Shown: one piece after another, positions 34,249-43,986 of the stretch
Layout of the letters: the number at the start of each line of letters is the position of its first letter
Numbering within the stretch: position 1 is the first letter of the stretch
The notes under the pieces: generated by a model
What the model was told of the DNA's origin: nothing
The model's database searches: none
Seen by the model: the letters and a program-made list of their open reading frames with translations, nothing else
Source of the DNA: Desulfatiglandales bacterium
GTDB taxonomy: Bacteria; Desulfobacterota; DSM-4660; Desulfatiglandales; Desulfatiglandaceae
NCBI GenBank assembly: GCA_963662465.1
Contig: OY759599.1
Coordinates: 3,008,001-3,072,000, forward strand
Direction of reading: 5' to 3'
Length of the DNA: 64,000 bases
Translations under genes and position numbers: made by a program

Positions 34249-36343
34249 ATGTTGATGGAACCATCGTATATTTACCACTCGAATCTCTTCAATTCCACCT
34301 ATTTTGAACGTGTTCTTTCCGACGAGGCCTTTCCCCGTAAGCGGGAACTGCCGTCTGAGGCGCAGAAACGTTTGGAAAAACTGATCGGACTCTGGCTTTC
34401 CGTTCGCCATGAGTTTGTAAAAGATTTACCGGAAAGCAAACATAAACCTATCCCATGTGTTGGATTGCCGCCTTCTCTCGAAATGAAGTCAAAAGCCATT
34501 GAAGACAGCGTTGAAAACGAATTCTTACTGCCGCTTTACGAAAAAGTGTTGGGCTTCGCATGTAAGAAACAACAGTCCATGGAGTTGACGGGGCTTTCAA
34601 AAGAAATAAAAAATCGAACCAAAAAACCTGATTTTGTCATTTTTTCAGATAAAATGAAAAAAAAGGCTGCCTTGGACCTTGTTGGTAAAACAAAAAAAGC
34701 GGTTTGTGCGCTTTCATTTTGATATACATTCCAGCTTCAAATTTACCGCCTTGACGTTTTCCCGCGAAACACCCGAAGAAGGGCACTCGTTCCCCGCTGC
34801 CTTCATGCTGCGGGACACCCAGGTGCTGGAAGGGAAAATGCAGGAGCGGGTGCTGTATTTGAGCCGGGACTTCATTACGGCCATCAGCCCCGAAAGTCTG
34901 GCCCTGATCGACAACCGTTCCGACATGGAAGTGCGGTTGATTGAACGGCTTCATCAGAGCTTCCCAGCCCTCGGCAGTGCGGATAGCGGCTGGAAGGTAA
35001 CCTATCGCACGGATTTGCATATGACCAATGACGCCTGCTTGTTCAAAACACGTGGGTGGATGGCAGCCAGGGGATTTACCCGCTTCCGGCCGGAAAAAAA
35101 TGAGGAGGGGCAGTGGGTTCGAAAAAAGCATCCGGATTCCAAAATTGTTGTTTTGCCGGATGATTTGCCCCAGGGCGGTGAGTACTGGGTATCCGCCGAT
35201 GAAAACTGGTATCGGACACGCGGGTATGCGGAACGGCAACAGCATTTCAACGGCAAGGAACGGACGGTTTTCTACCACCCGGATGACAATGCAAAAAAAG
35301 ACGGAAAGGGCAATGACCCCAACCGAATTCTCCCCGGCGAAATCTATTCTCCGCTTTATGAGGGCCGGATGGTTCACATCTTTGATCATTCCCAGAAAGG
35401 CTATGTTTCAGGAGAAGGCCGAAAGGCCATTTGGCAAGAGCAGGATATGGAGCGGAAGGTGATTACCCCCCGCGTTTTTGTCAGCAAGGTTGATGCTGAA
35501 AAGGAGGCGGATGATCGGATAGGCTTTTGTGACGTGACCGGAGCAACGAATGAGAGAAGTATTCTTTCAACAATAATAAGCGTTTATGTCCTTTGTGGGA
35601 ATACGGTTGCCACTTTGGAAGGGCTGACAGCAAAAGAAAATCTGATGCTTTTATCTATTTTTGCTTCTTTCTGTGCGGACTATTTAATCCGCCAACGCGT
35701 AAGCCTCCATTTGAACTGGACGTATGTTTCTAACCTTGTGGTTCCAAACTGCAGAGAGACAGCCGAGGACACAATAGGCGATTTAGCCCGTAAAGCCGCA
35801 ACCCTGAGCTGCACCACCCCGGAACTAGCGGAAGCATGGAATGCCGTGTTCCCTGAAGATCCCTGGACGTATGAGAGCGCGGAGCGGGATTTATGGAAAC
35901 GGGCCGAACTCCGGGCTGAGATGGATGCCATGGTGGCTGAGTTGTATGGTTTGTCCGTGGAGGAATACGCCATGGTCCTGACCGGTTTCCCCCTTCTGGA
36001 CCGGGGTCAGCCCGCCCTGCCCGGAGATGCCTTTCTGACGGAGGGGGATGAAAAATCGAAAAAAGGGGTGGAAGGGGAAAATTGGCTGGAAAGGGAGTGG
36101 GGCATTTTTGAAATCAAGCCGAGAAGCTTCATCACCCGTGATTTTGCCCTGCTCACCTACATGAAGCGAAAAGCCTATCCACTGCCGCAGGATCTGAGCG
36201 CATGGTTCCGGGATAAGGCAGGCTTGAATCCCGAGGGCCCACTTTCTCGCTTTACGATCGGGACTGTCGTGGATCTGGAGGAGCGGGTTGCACTCGCCGA
36301 AGAAAAAGGGGCGATTCCGTATGTGCCCTCCACCCGTGGTTAG
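34249..36343 (+). pseudogene. Type IIG (Eco57I-like) restriction-modification gene remnant lacking the methyltransferase core
   Basis: N-terminal fragment 34249-34722 joined out of frame to a C-terminal part with FDIHSSFKF, PLYEGRMVHIFD, ATNERS, RAELRAEMDAMVAELYGL; no DPAxGSG or NPPx motif. Confidence 0.7.
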
Positions 36344-36369
36344 AAAGGAGCAGGATATTGGATTGGGAA

Positions 36370-38167
36370 CAGCAATTCCCGCTTAGATTCTAAAGGCGCT
36401 AGGACAGTACCTTTTGGCATTTCCTTTTCGTAAAGCTTTACGTTGAATGAATAGCCTGAAAAGGCTTTTTTCTCCAATTTTTAAAATAAAACAGGAATTT
36501 TTTTGGCAATTCTCAGAAAAAGCTGGACTTTCAGATCAACTTGGCCGATGATTACTGCCTATGGGAATCAGAAGCCAAAAAGGAAGAAAAGAGAGAGGCA
36601 AGATTGGAGTTCGCAAGCATCTTAATGCAGATGCAATTTTCAAGCGTCTGCATAAAGATTTTTCTGAAGTCTCTGACTGCCGTGAGGATCCCGATATTAC
36701 TATTGCGGATGCCTTGATGTCCGGGTTTGCAATGTTTTCGCTCAAGGAGCCATCGTTGCTTGCCTTTGATGAAAGAAGAAAAACCGATAGTAATCTTGGG
36801 AACATATACCATATTGGAAAGATCCCATGTGACAGTACGATGCGCACCATTCTTGATGAAGTGCTCGCAGAAGAACTTCGGAAACCGTATAGGAATATCT
36901 TCTGGGAACTGCAAAGGGGAAAGGTGCTTGAACGTATGGTATTTTTCGAAGGTTGTTATCTTCTATCTTTGGATGGAACGGGTTTCTTCTCATCGAAGAA
37001 ACTTTCCTCTGATAGTTGTTTGGTAAAAGTATCGAAAAAAACCGGCGAAAAAACCTATTATCAGCAGATGTTGGGGGCAGCAATTGTCCATCCGGATTTC
37101 AAAGAGGTCATTCCGCTTGCTCCGGAATTCATAGTCAAGCAGGATGGCCAAAGCAAGAACGACTGTGAGCGTAATGCCGCGAAACGTTTCTTGCAAAAGC
37201 TAAAAGAGGAGCATCCCCATCTGCCTATCATTATAACAGAGGACGCGTTAAGTTCGAATGCACCCCACATTGAAGAAATACAAAAGCAAAATTTTCATTA
37301 TATTCTGGGAGTTAAAAAAGGAGATCACCATTTCTTGTTTAATCACGTCGAACAAGCGCGGATAAATGGTGACGTCACTGAATTCGAATTGGTCGATAAA
37401 GAGGATCCGGAAAAAATACATCGTTTCCGATTTATTAACCAGGTACCTCTCAATGCCTCTAACAAGAATATGCTGGTTAACTTTCTGGAATATTGGGAAA
37501 TTACACCGAAAAAAACAAAACATTTTAGTTGGGTGACAGATTTTTTAATAGGAAAGGACAATGCATACCAGCTAATGCGAGGCGGCCGTGCGAGATGGAA
37601 GATCGAAAATGAAACCTTCAATACTCTTAAGAACCAAGGATATCATTTTGAACACAACTACGGGCTCGGCAAGAAGAATCTGAGTGTTGTTTTTGCGATG
37701 CTCATGATGCTGGCATTCTTGGTGGATCAAACTCAACAGCTTTGTTGCCCTCTATTTATAGCCGCATGGCATAAACTCGGCTCAAAAAGGGAATTGTGGG
37801 AACGGATGAGAGCTTTGTTTAGAGATTTTGAATTCAAATCGATGAGGATGCTCTATGAAGCCCTCTATTATGGCGTAAAGTTTCAAGCGCCAGTTATTCT
37901 ATATAACAGTGGTTAAATTTGTCATGCCCAAGTTCGCATACAAAAATGCTCTCATTAATAAAAAACTGGAGATTCCGGAAATGGATATCTCTGCCCTAAC
38001 TCGTGCTTTTATGCTCTTACTCTTGTCAAAGAAGCTCAACCTGCAAGAAATCGAGGGAGGTAATAGTGGATTTAATACAATTTTTCTGAAAAGGATCTGA
38101 TCTCAGGGTTTGTTTTTGAAATATGTTTTTCAAACTCTGTGAGTAAATTCTTGACCGGGAATTGCTG
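36370..38167 (+). mobile_element. Intact insertion sequence (ISNCY/ISDol1-like) with 9-bp target duplication
   Basis: IRs CAGCAATTCCCG / CGGGAATTGCTG; GATTGGGAA at 36361-36369 and 38168-38176. Confidence 0.9.
36561..37916 (+). CDS. DDE transposase
   Basis: LSLDGTG, KNDCERNAAKR, ITEDAL, RARWKIENETFNTLK. Confidence 0.92.
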   Translation: MGIRSQKGRKERGKIGVRKHLNADAIFKRLHKDFSEVSDCREDPDITIADALMSGFAMFSLKEPSLLAFDERRKTDSNLGNIYHIGKIPCDSTMRTILDEVLAEELRKPYRNIFWELQRGKVLERMVFFEGCYLLSLDGTGFFSSKKLSSDSCLVKVSKKTGEKTYYQQMLGAAIVHPDFKEVIPLAPEFIVKQDGQSKNDCERNAAKRFLQKLKEEHPHLPIIITEDALSSNAPHIEEIQKQNFHYILGVKKGDHHFLFNHVEQARINGDVTEFELVDKEDPEKIHRFRFINQVPLNASNKNMLVNFLEYWEITPKKTKHFSWVTDFLIGKDNAYQLMRGGRARWKIENETFNTLKNQGYHFEHNYGLGKKNLSVVFAMLMMLAFLVDQTQQLCCPLFIAAWHKLGSKRELWERMRALFRDFEFKSMRMLYEALYYGVKFQAPVILYNSG

Positions 38168-39025
38168 GATTGGGAATATTTTTTGGATAAATATAGAGGA
38201 CGTCCGGAAAAAACGCTTTTTCATTACACCACTATTCCAAGTTTTAACGGAATTCTGGGTGATAACTGCCTCTGGGCCACCGATACCCGCTATTTGAACG
38301 ACTTGGAAGAATACCGGCATGGGGTAGCACTTTTTCAGGAAGAACTGAAAAAAGTGGCGGAGAAAAAGGAGAACCATGACTTTCTGGTCAATTATCCGGA
38401 ATGTATTGATGAACTATTGAATGTGAGGACCCGGCTTGATGGGAAACATACCTATTGTGTTTCTTTTACCGAAAACGGAGACATCCTCAGCCAGTGGCGG
38501 GGCTATGCCGGTAATGGCGGCCTCAGTATCGGTTTTGCTCCTGAAACCTTGTCATCCTCAGCAAAAAACCAGGGGTTTCGTTTTATGAAATGCCTTTATA
38601 ATGAAATAAAGAAAAAGGCTTTTGTTCATGAAGTGGTTGATGACTTTTTATGGCATTGTGATAAATGGCATAATAACGAAGCGCTCGATCATTTTACTCC
38701 GACACATTTTGGCGTATATTTGAGATCCATGATTTGTTTTTTTTCTCCGGTGCTGAAGCATGAAGCATTTGATGAAGAAGAGGAATGGCGTGCGGTTTAT
38801 AGTTCCGGCCACCTTCCTAATGAGAAGCTATCTTCACACAAATCTAACGAAATTGACATTCCACATGCTGATTTCAAACTGCAGGATGTAAATGTACAAA
38901 AAATCTATATCGGGCCTTCTAACAATATTGACAGAGTTTATCTCAGAATTCTTCATACATTGGACTTAAGGAAATTATCCCATATATGCGAGAAGTCGCG
39001 CATTCCTTACAGAGGTTCGCTGTAA
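38162..39025 (+). CDS. DUF2971-like protein; native start separated by the IS
   Basis: LFHYTT, YLNDLEE, DILSQWRGYA, KHEAFDEEEEWR, IYIGP, SRIPYR. Confidence 0.8.
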   Translation: MLDWEYFLDKYRGRPEKTLFHYTTIPSFNGILGDNCLWATDTRYLNDLEEYRHGVALFQEELKKVAEKKENHDFLVNYPECIDELLNVRTRLDGKHTYCVSFTENGDILSQWRGYAGNGGLSIGFAPETLSSSAKNQGFRFMKCLYNEIKKKAFVHEVVDDFLWHCDKWHNNEALDHFTPTHFGVYLRSMICFFSPVLKHEAFDEEEEWRAVYSSGHLPNEKLSSHKSNEIDIPHADFKLQDVNVQKIYIGPSNNIDRVYLRILHTLDLRKLSHICEKSRIPYRGSL

Positions 39026-39067
39026 CGTGAATCAATGACGTTGAAAAATATTTGAGGAAAATTTCAA

Positions 39068-39982
39068 ATGGACCTTGATTATGATGAAATGGAAAAAAGC
39101 GGGATTAAAGAGGAAGATTTTGAAATGGCTGTTCGAAAAGGCGAGACAGATTTCATCGCCTATGCGGTTAATATGTTTAACTGGGAGCCTGGCATATTCC
39201 CGAATGGCGGTCACCCGCTTTCCGTCGCGTGCGAGTCTGGATTTCTGGATGTGGCAAAGGAGCTGGTTGTATGGGGGGCCGACATTCACGACAAGGGTGA
39301 AGAACTGCCGACCCCGTTGATTCTCGCTGCCCAGAACGGCCATTCTCATATTGTTTCCTGGCTGGTGGAAAACGGAGTGGATCTCAACTATCACCATGAA
39401 GAGATCGACGCCAATGGAGACTGGGAATGGAGCGGATCCGCACTGGGAGAAGCCATCAGGTATGAACATCTGGATATTGCCGAATACCTGATGGACAAGG
39501 GTGCGGATATATCCGACAGTATTTTAGCGACATTTGAAGACCCATATGGCTTTCCGGGCCATATGATTTGCAAGACTTCATATCCCATTGTCGAATTTGT
39601 GAAGTGTGAGAATTACTATCTGTTTAATAAGGCTGTCAAACTGAATGCTCTGGAAAAGTTGCCGCAAGAGGATCAGAAATCTTTATTGGAAATATGCATC
39701 CGCAAAGGAAGGCTCGATGAAGTCCGCTTGATAGCCGGAAAGCTGCCAAAGCTTTTAAATCAGTGCATGGAAACAGAAGACCAAAATTTTCTGTTTCCTC
39801 TGGAACTTGCCGCGATCAATAAAAACAGCGAAATGCTCGAATTGCTTCTCCAAGAAGGCGCAAGTCTGGGAATACGTAATGAGGACGGAACTTTCATATA
39901 CGTGTCGATAGGCGAAATTTGGCCTGAAAAGGCTGTAGAAATTCTTTCAGCCCTTGCAAAAGAAAATACGGCTGGGTCTTGA
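39068..39982 (+). CDS. Ankyrin repeat protein
   Basis: TPLILAAQNGHSHIVSWLVENGVD, SALGEAIRYEHLDIAEYLMDKGAD. Confidence 0.85.
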   Translation: MDLDYDEMEKSGIKEEDFEMAVRKGETDFIAYAVNMFNWEPGIFPNGGHPLSVACESGFLDVAKELVVWGADIHDKGEELPTPLILAAQNGHSHIVSWLVENGVDLNYHHEEIDANGDWEWSGSALGEAIRYEHLDIAEYLMDKGADISDSILATFEDPYGFPGHMICKTSYPIVEFVKCENYYLFNKAVKLNALEKLPQEDQKSLLEICIRKGRLDEVRLIAGKLPKLLNQCMETEDQNFLFPLELAAINKNSEMLELLLQEGASLGIRNEDGTFIYVSIGEIWPEKAVEILSALAKENTAGS

Positions 39983-40214
39983 TAAACACGTTTATGTAAA
40001 ACCGTTTATGCGTTTATGAATTCATGGGCAAAACCGTACCGTGCAAAATAAGAACGAAAAAAGCCAACAGCAAAATCAATGTCCTACCTTGTTTCCACGC
40101 TGCTGTATGAGAGGCCCCTTACTCCCCTAGTTTCCAGAGCATCAACAGGCCCATTCTTTCATGACCAGGGCTGCTGTGATTCCGTGCCTGGCCTCCATTA
40201 GTTGGGCGTTCTCC

Positions 40215-40243
40215 TTGACTTTGAAAAGCAATGGCTTTATAGT
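40215..40243 (+). promoter_or_regulatory. Near-consensus sigma70 promoter
   Basis: TTGACT-17 bp-TATAGT with no credible downstream ORF. Confidence 0.75.
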
Positions 40244-40249
40244 TCTCAC

Positions 40250-40560
40250 CTCAAGGGGATATCCGCTGCGTAGGGGGGCCACCCTGGCCTGAACAGTCGC
40301 GGGTAGCTGGTCCGTGAGCCGTATCAGCCGCTGTCCTCTGCCTCTTCCGGGAAAAGGAGGCCGGGACTAAGCGGTAATAAGCCTATGGCCCGCCGGACAG
40401 CAGCACCGGCGGGGTGAAGGACTTATGTCGCACGAACCGGAAAGCCTGCTCACTTTTCCCCATCCTGGGCTTTGCTCTTGTAGTTCGACGTCTGCATCGG
40501 GGGGCCCACCCTGTCAGACAGGTGCAGATGGGCCGGATTGTGGGCGATCCGGCCATTTTA
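40250..40560 (+). ncRNA. Candidate structured ncRNA, about 310 nt, resembling an IS110-family bridge RNA
   Basis: Promoter and terminator flanks; GGGGA(40255)/TCCCC(40461) closing stem; helices CCGCTGTCC/GGACTAAGCGG, GCCTC/GAGGC, CCCGCCGG/CCGGCGGG; family resemblance is from memory only. Confidence 0.55.
40531..40560 (+). terminator. Intrinsic terminator-like hairpin
   Basis: GGCCGGATTG-TGGG-CGATCCGGCC followed by ATTTTA. Confidence 0.6.
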
Positions 40561-40624
40561 ATACTATTTCTCCTCCCAGTTTCAACGCCCTCTCCAAGTG
40601 ATCATTACTCCATCTCCATTCGCT

Positions 40625-40963
40625 CTATTCCCATTCTTTCTCATAAAGGTGCACATGCCTTCTAATCTCAAGGTCGGTTGGTTTGCCGTGGATTTCAAGG
40701 AAATTGACAAGAAACCGCCTGACCCTGGTCTGATAAAGTTGGTCAGCTCCTTTGTCTTCTGAAAGGACCCTAAGGAGTGATTCGAGTAACATGGGTGCGA
40801 GATGGGGCTCCTGTTTTTCTTCATGAATGCCGCAGCATTTCACTTGATCGTAGAGCTCATCGCTTGTCCAATGAGCGTGAAACATTTCTTCGGAGCCAAA
40901 ATGATCGAGAGCTTTCTCCCTGGCTCCTGCTTCATATGTGTTTATGGAGCGGGAATAACCCAC
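40625..40963 (-). CDS. Hypothetical protein
   Basis: 112-aa ORF right after the upstream gene; no motif; start uncertain. Confidence 0.4.
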   Translation of the reverse strand: MGYSRSINTYEAGAREKALDHFGSEEMFHAHWTSDELYDQVKCCGIHEEKQEPHLAPMLLESLLRVLSEDKGADQLYQTRVRRFLVNFLEIHGKPTDLEIRRHVHLYEKEWE

Positions 40964-40969
40964 CTGCCC

Positions 40970-41377
40970 TCAGTTTTTTTTGTTAGGCCATCGAAACAAC
41001 CACCACATTTCCTTGTTATCAATTGAGGCATCATGGGAACTTGCATCCGCTACGGTTAATTCCTTGAATCGTTGATCCGCCGCCAAAATTCGTTCCTTAA
41101 ACGGTTCGATTTCCGCTTCGCTCGCATATTGCATCACATCATAAAGTGTTTCTCGTATTGAAAGGTCATTAAGATATTCTTCACTTGTATCATCGAAAGG
41201 TATCCATTCAATAACATCTTCCCAGTCCGCAACATACGCCTCAATCCCGTTTCGCTCGATATCCCGAATTTCCGAATCCTTGCATCTTGTCAACAACAAA
41301 TGCTCTATTAACGGTGAGACGGTTCCGTTCTTTGCAAGATACCGCTTAAGCCGCATTTTATCCCTATACTTAGTCAT
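40970..41377 (-). CDS. Hypothetical acidic protein
   Basis: GAGGT RBS and ATG at 41377; EEYLNDLSIRE...ADQRF...WWLFRWP. Confidence 0.6.
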   Translation of the reverse strand: MTKYRDKMRLKRYLAKNGTVSPLIEHLLLTRCKDSEIRDIERNGIEAYVADWEDVIEWIPFDDTSEEYLNDLSIRETLYDVMQYASEAEIEPFKERILAADQRFKELTVADASSHDASIDNKEMWWLFRWPNKKN

Positions 41378-41737
41378 GTTTCCAACCTCACCAGATAGTC
41401 TCTTTCCCGCACATTTTCCATCCCTGGCAGAATCGGATTTGCAAACCCGGCAAATCATCTTCAGCAGAGTTTTCAGCAGGTCAACGATCAAAGAGAAGAT
41501 TATCCAGCATGCGAAGGCAAAAATCGCAGTAATGATGATCGCGATCACTATTCCCAGAAAAACCTCCAAAATGTTCAACCCCCTAAATATTCGCGAATGA
41601 ATCGCATTTACCGTTTTTCCAGCTACACAACCTCCGGCAAAAGGAGGTGGAAGGGTTTGTAGTATGTTCCGTAAGGGCATTGTGTCTGCAACCCGCTGCT
41701 CCCCATCCGGCAAACGTCACGCCACGTGAACGGTTGC

Positions 41738-42415
41738 CTAAAAGTTCAGTCCCGGCACATCAATGTAGAGACCCGGGCTCCCAAAAAGAAGTTCGGCGAT
41801 AGTCGGCTTCCGGTCCGGTCCGTAGATAACCCTTTCATGCTCTCCTATGGGAGTGATCAGGTCGTCCACCCAATCGACCTGATCCATGAGGTTTTCGTAG
41901 AGAAAAATGGAAAAACCCCGGTTTCTCATGCAATCAAAAATAGGATGGCAGAATGGTAAGAGCGATACGGGTATCCTGTTCTCTTTGACAACGTTCACCC
42001 TGCACTCGCGTCCCTCGCCTTTACCATGGGAATTTCTTACATTCCAGTAATGGGCGGCATAATCTCCAAGCCAGCTCACCTCAATAAAAAGAACCCATAC
42101 CACCCCGCCCTTGCTTTTCACAAAGTCATGGTCCTCATATTTGTCGTTCGCATTCGGGTATTTGACTATGCCGGTCTTCTCCTGAAAGTAAATCTCGCAC
42201 ATTGTAGCGTGGGCATAGTAGTCATGCTGATAATGACGACCATCGTTTTCTAAATGGTATTGGCCCCCTGTGACATGGGCCAGACTCTGAATTACCGCAT
42301 GGTACTTCTCAGAAGGTGGAGGGCATCCGTTGATAGCCGCAAATCGGATGTCTTGTTTCATTTTTTCGAGCAATTGTTTATCCATTGGGAGCATCCATGA
42401 TAATGAGATTTTCAC
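41738..42415 (-). CDS. Hypothetical protein
   Basis: 225-aa ORF with protein-like composition; start uncertain. Confidence 0.6.
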   Translation of the reverse strand: MKISLSWMLPMDKQLLEKMKQDIRFAAINGCPPPSEKYHAVIQSLAHVTGGQYHLENDGRHYQHDYYAHATMCEIYFQEKTGIVKYPNANDKYEDHDFVKSKGGVVWVLFIEVSWLGDYAAHYWNVRNSHGKGEGRECRVNVVKENRIPVSLLPFCHPIFDCMRNRGFSIFLYENLMDQVDWVDDLITPIGEHERVIYGPDRKPTIAELLFGSPGLYIDVPGLNF

Positions 42416-42598
42416 TTGGCGAAATGGTATTTGCCTTTTATACTAATAGCATTGCCGGATCATCATCGTTGATTTTTCGAATAATATTTCGTAGCTTCAT
42501 GGGAAATTTGAAGGTAGGCGCTTGTGGGTAGAACACTGTCAATAAAGCACTGCATGGGAAAACCAAATTAGGGATTTTCAAAGTGGAGGGCATACAAA

Positions 42599-43405
42599 AT
42601 GAAATCCGTATTATTTCATGTTCAAATATTCGTACTGATGGTTTTTCTCTTTTCATCATGCAGCACGGTTCCCTTGACCGGTAGAACCCAGCTGGATCTC
42701 ATTCCCAGTTCAACAATGCTTTCCATGAGCTTCCAGCAGTATGACGATTTTCTCAAAAACAACAAGCTCAGCACGAATCATGCGCAGACGCAAATGGTCA
42801 AACGGGTCGGTCAAAAAATTCAGAAGGCCGTGGAACAGTATATGGCGGAGAACCATCTGTCCCACAAACTGCAAGATTACCATTGGGAATTTAATCTGGT
42901 GGAGAGCCCGGAGGTCAACGCATGGTGTATGCCCGGCGGAAAGGTTGTGGTGTATACCGGGATACTCCCCATGACGAAAGACGAAGCCGGCCTGGCCGTG
43001 GTCATGGGGCATGAAATCGCCCACGCCGTGGCACGGCACGGGGATGAACGCATGAGCCACGGACTGCTGGTTCAAACGGGAGGCATCGCCCTTTCCGCAG
43101 CCCTGACAAACAACTCGGAAACAACGCGTCAGCTCTGGATGACCGCCTTCGGGGTGGGTTCCTCCGTGGGGGTCATCCTCCCGTACAGCCGCCTGCATGA
43201 GAGCGAGGCGGACCGTCTCGGACTGGTCTTTATGGCCATGGCCGGATACGATCCCCGGAGGGCCGTCGACTTCTGGGAACGGATGGCCCAACAGAAAAAA
43301 GGAGAGGCCCCACCCGAGTTCCTAAGCACCCACCCCTCCGACAAAACACGTATCGAGCAGATCAAGGCAGAAATTCCCGGCGCAATGAAGTACTACAAAA
43401 AATAG
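42599..43405 (+). CDS. M48 metallopeptidase lipoprotein
   Basis: Lipobox FSSC, NAWCMPGG, HEIAH, ESEAD, FLSTHP. Confidence 0.93.
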   Translation: MKSVLFHVQIFVLMVFLFSSCSTVPLTGRTQLDLIPSSTMLSMSFQQYDDFLKNNKLSTNHAQTQMVKRVGQKIQKAVEQYMAENHLSHKLQDYHWEFNLVESPEVNAWCMPGGKVVVYTGILPMTKDEAGLAVVMGHEIAHAVARHGDERMSHGLLVQTGGIALSAALTNNSETTRQLWMTAFGVGSSVGVILPYSRLHESEADRLGLVFMAMAGYDPRRAVDFWERMAQQKKGEAPPEFLSTHPSDKTRIEQIKAEIPGAMKYYKK

Positions 43406-43970
43406 CGGGATGTTTGCCTTTTATGGCGGCATAAAAATCCCCGATGGTTTCCATGTCCCTTTCCATACGGCCCGTGACGTAAACCGTCGGTCCGATGCCC
43501 CCGATTTTTTTTCTGTAATCCAGATACCCCAACACCACCGGGACCCCCGCTCCTTTGGCAATATGGTAGAATCCACTCTTCCAGTACGCCGTTTTTCTTC
43601 GGGTGCCGGATGGGGAAACCACGAGAACCATGGGGTCATATTTCCTGAAAACCTCAATTGACTGTGCCACAACATTATGTCCTCTCGATCGATCAACAGG
43701 AAAGGCCCCCAACCATCGCATGAAGGGCCCCATGGGCCATTTGAACCAGGCGCCCTTCATCATGATCACGGGCTTTATACCGAAGATGAGGGCAAGACAA
43801 ATGGTGTAAACAAAATCCCAGTTGGAGGTATGGGGCGCCGCAATGATGACATATTTTGAAATATCGGGTTTTTGCCCGGCGGCCCGCCATCCCGAGACTT
43901 TAAAAATCATCAGCGCCAGCCAACGCATAAGGGTTTTACAGATAAACGTATCGTGTACGGTATTGCGCAT
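43362..43970 (-). CDS. Lysophospholipid acyltransferase family protein
   Basis: PHTSNWD, PVDRS, WKSGFYHIA; SPSGTR in place of the usual PEGTR. Confidence 0.88.
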   Translation of the reverse strand: MRNTVHDTFICKTLMRWLALMIFKVSGWRAAGQKPDISKYVIIAAPHTSNWDFVYTICLALIFGIKPVIMMKGAWFKWPMGPFMRWLGAFPVDRSRGHNVVAQSIEVFRKYDPMVLVVSPSGTRRKTAYWKSGFYHIAKGAGVPVVLGYLDYRKKIGGIGPTVYVTGRMERDMETIGDFYAAIKGKHPAIFCSTSLRREFLP

Positions 43971-43986
43971 TTTTTTATTCCTTAAT

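Noticed and set aside
40300..40450. Group II intron domain V (GAGCCGTAT...GTCGCACG)
   Set aside because: The two halves are over 100 nt apart, there is no compact domain V/VI or 5' GTGYG, and no reverse transcriptase
40414..40665. 83-aa ORF within the candidate ncRNA
   Set aside because: No clear RBS, crosses the terminator hairpin and overlaps a convergent ORF; a small peptide cannot be fully excluded
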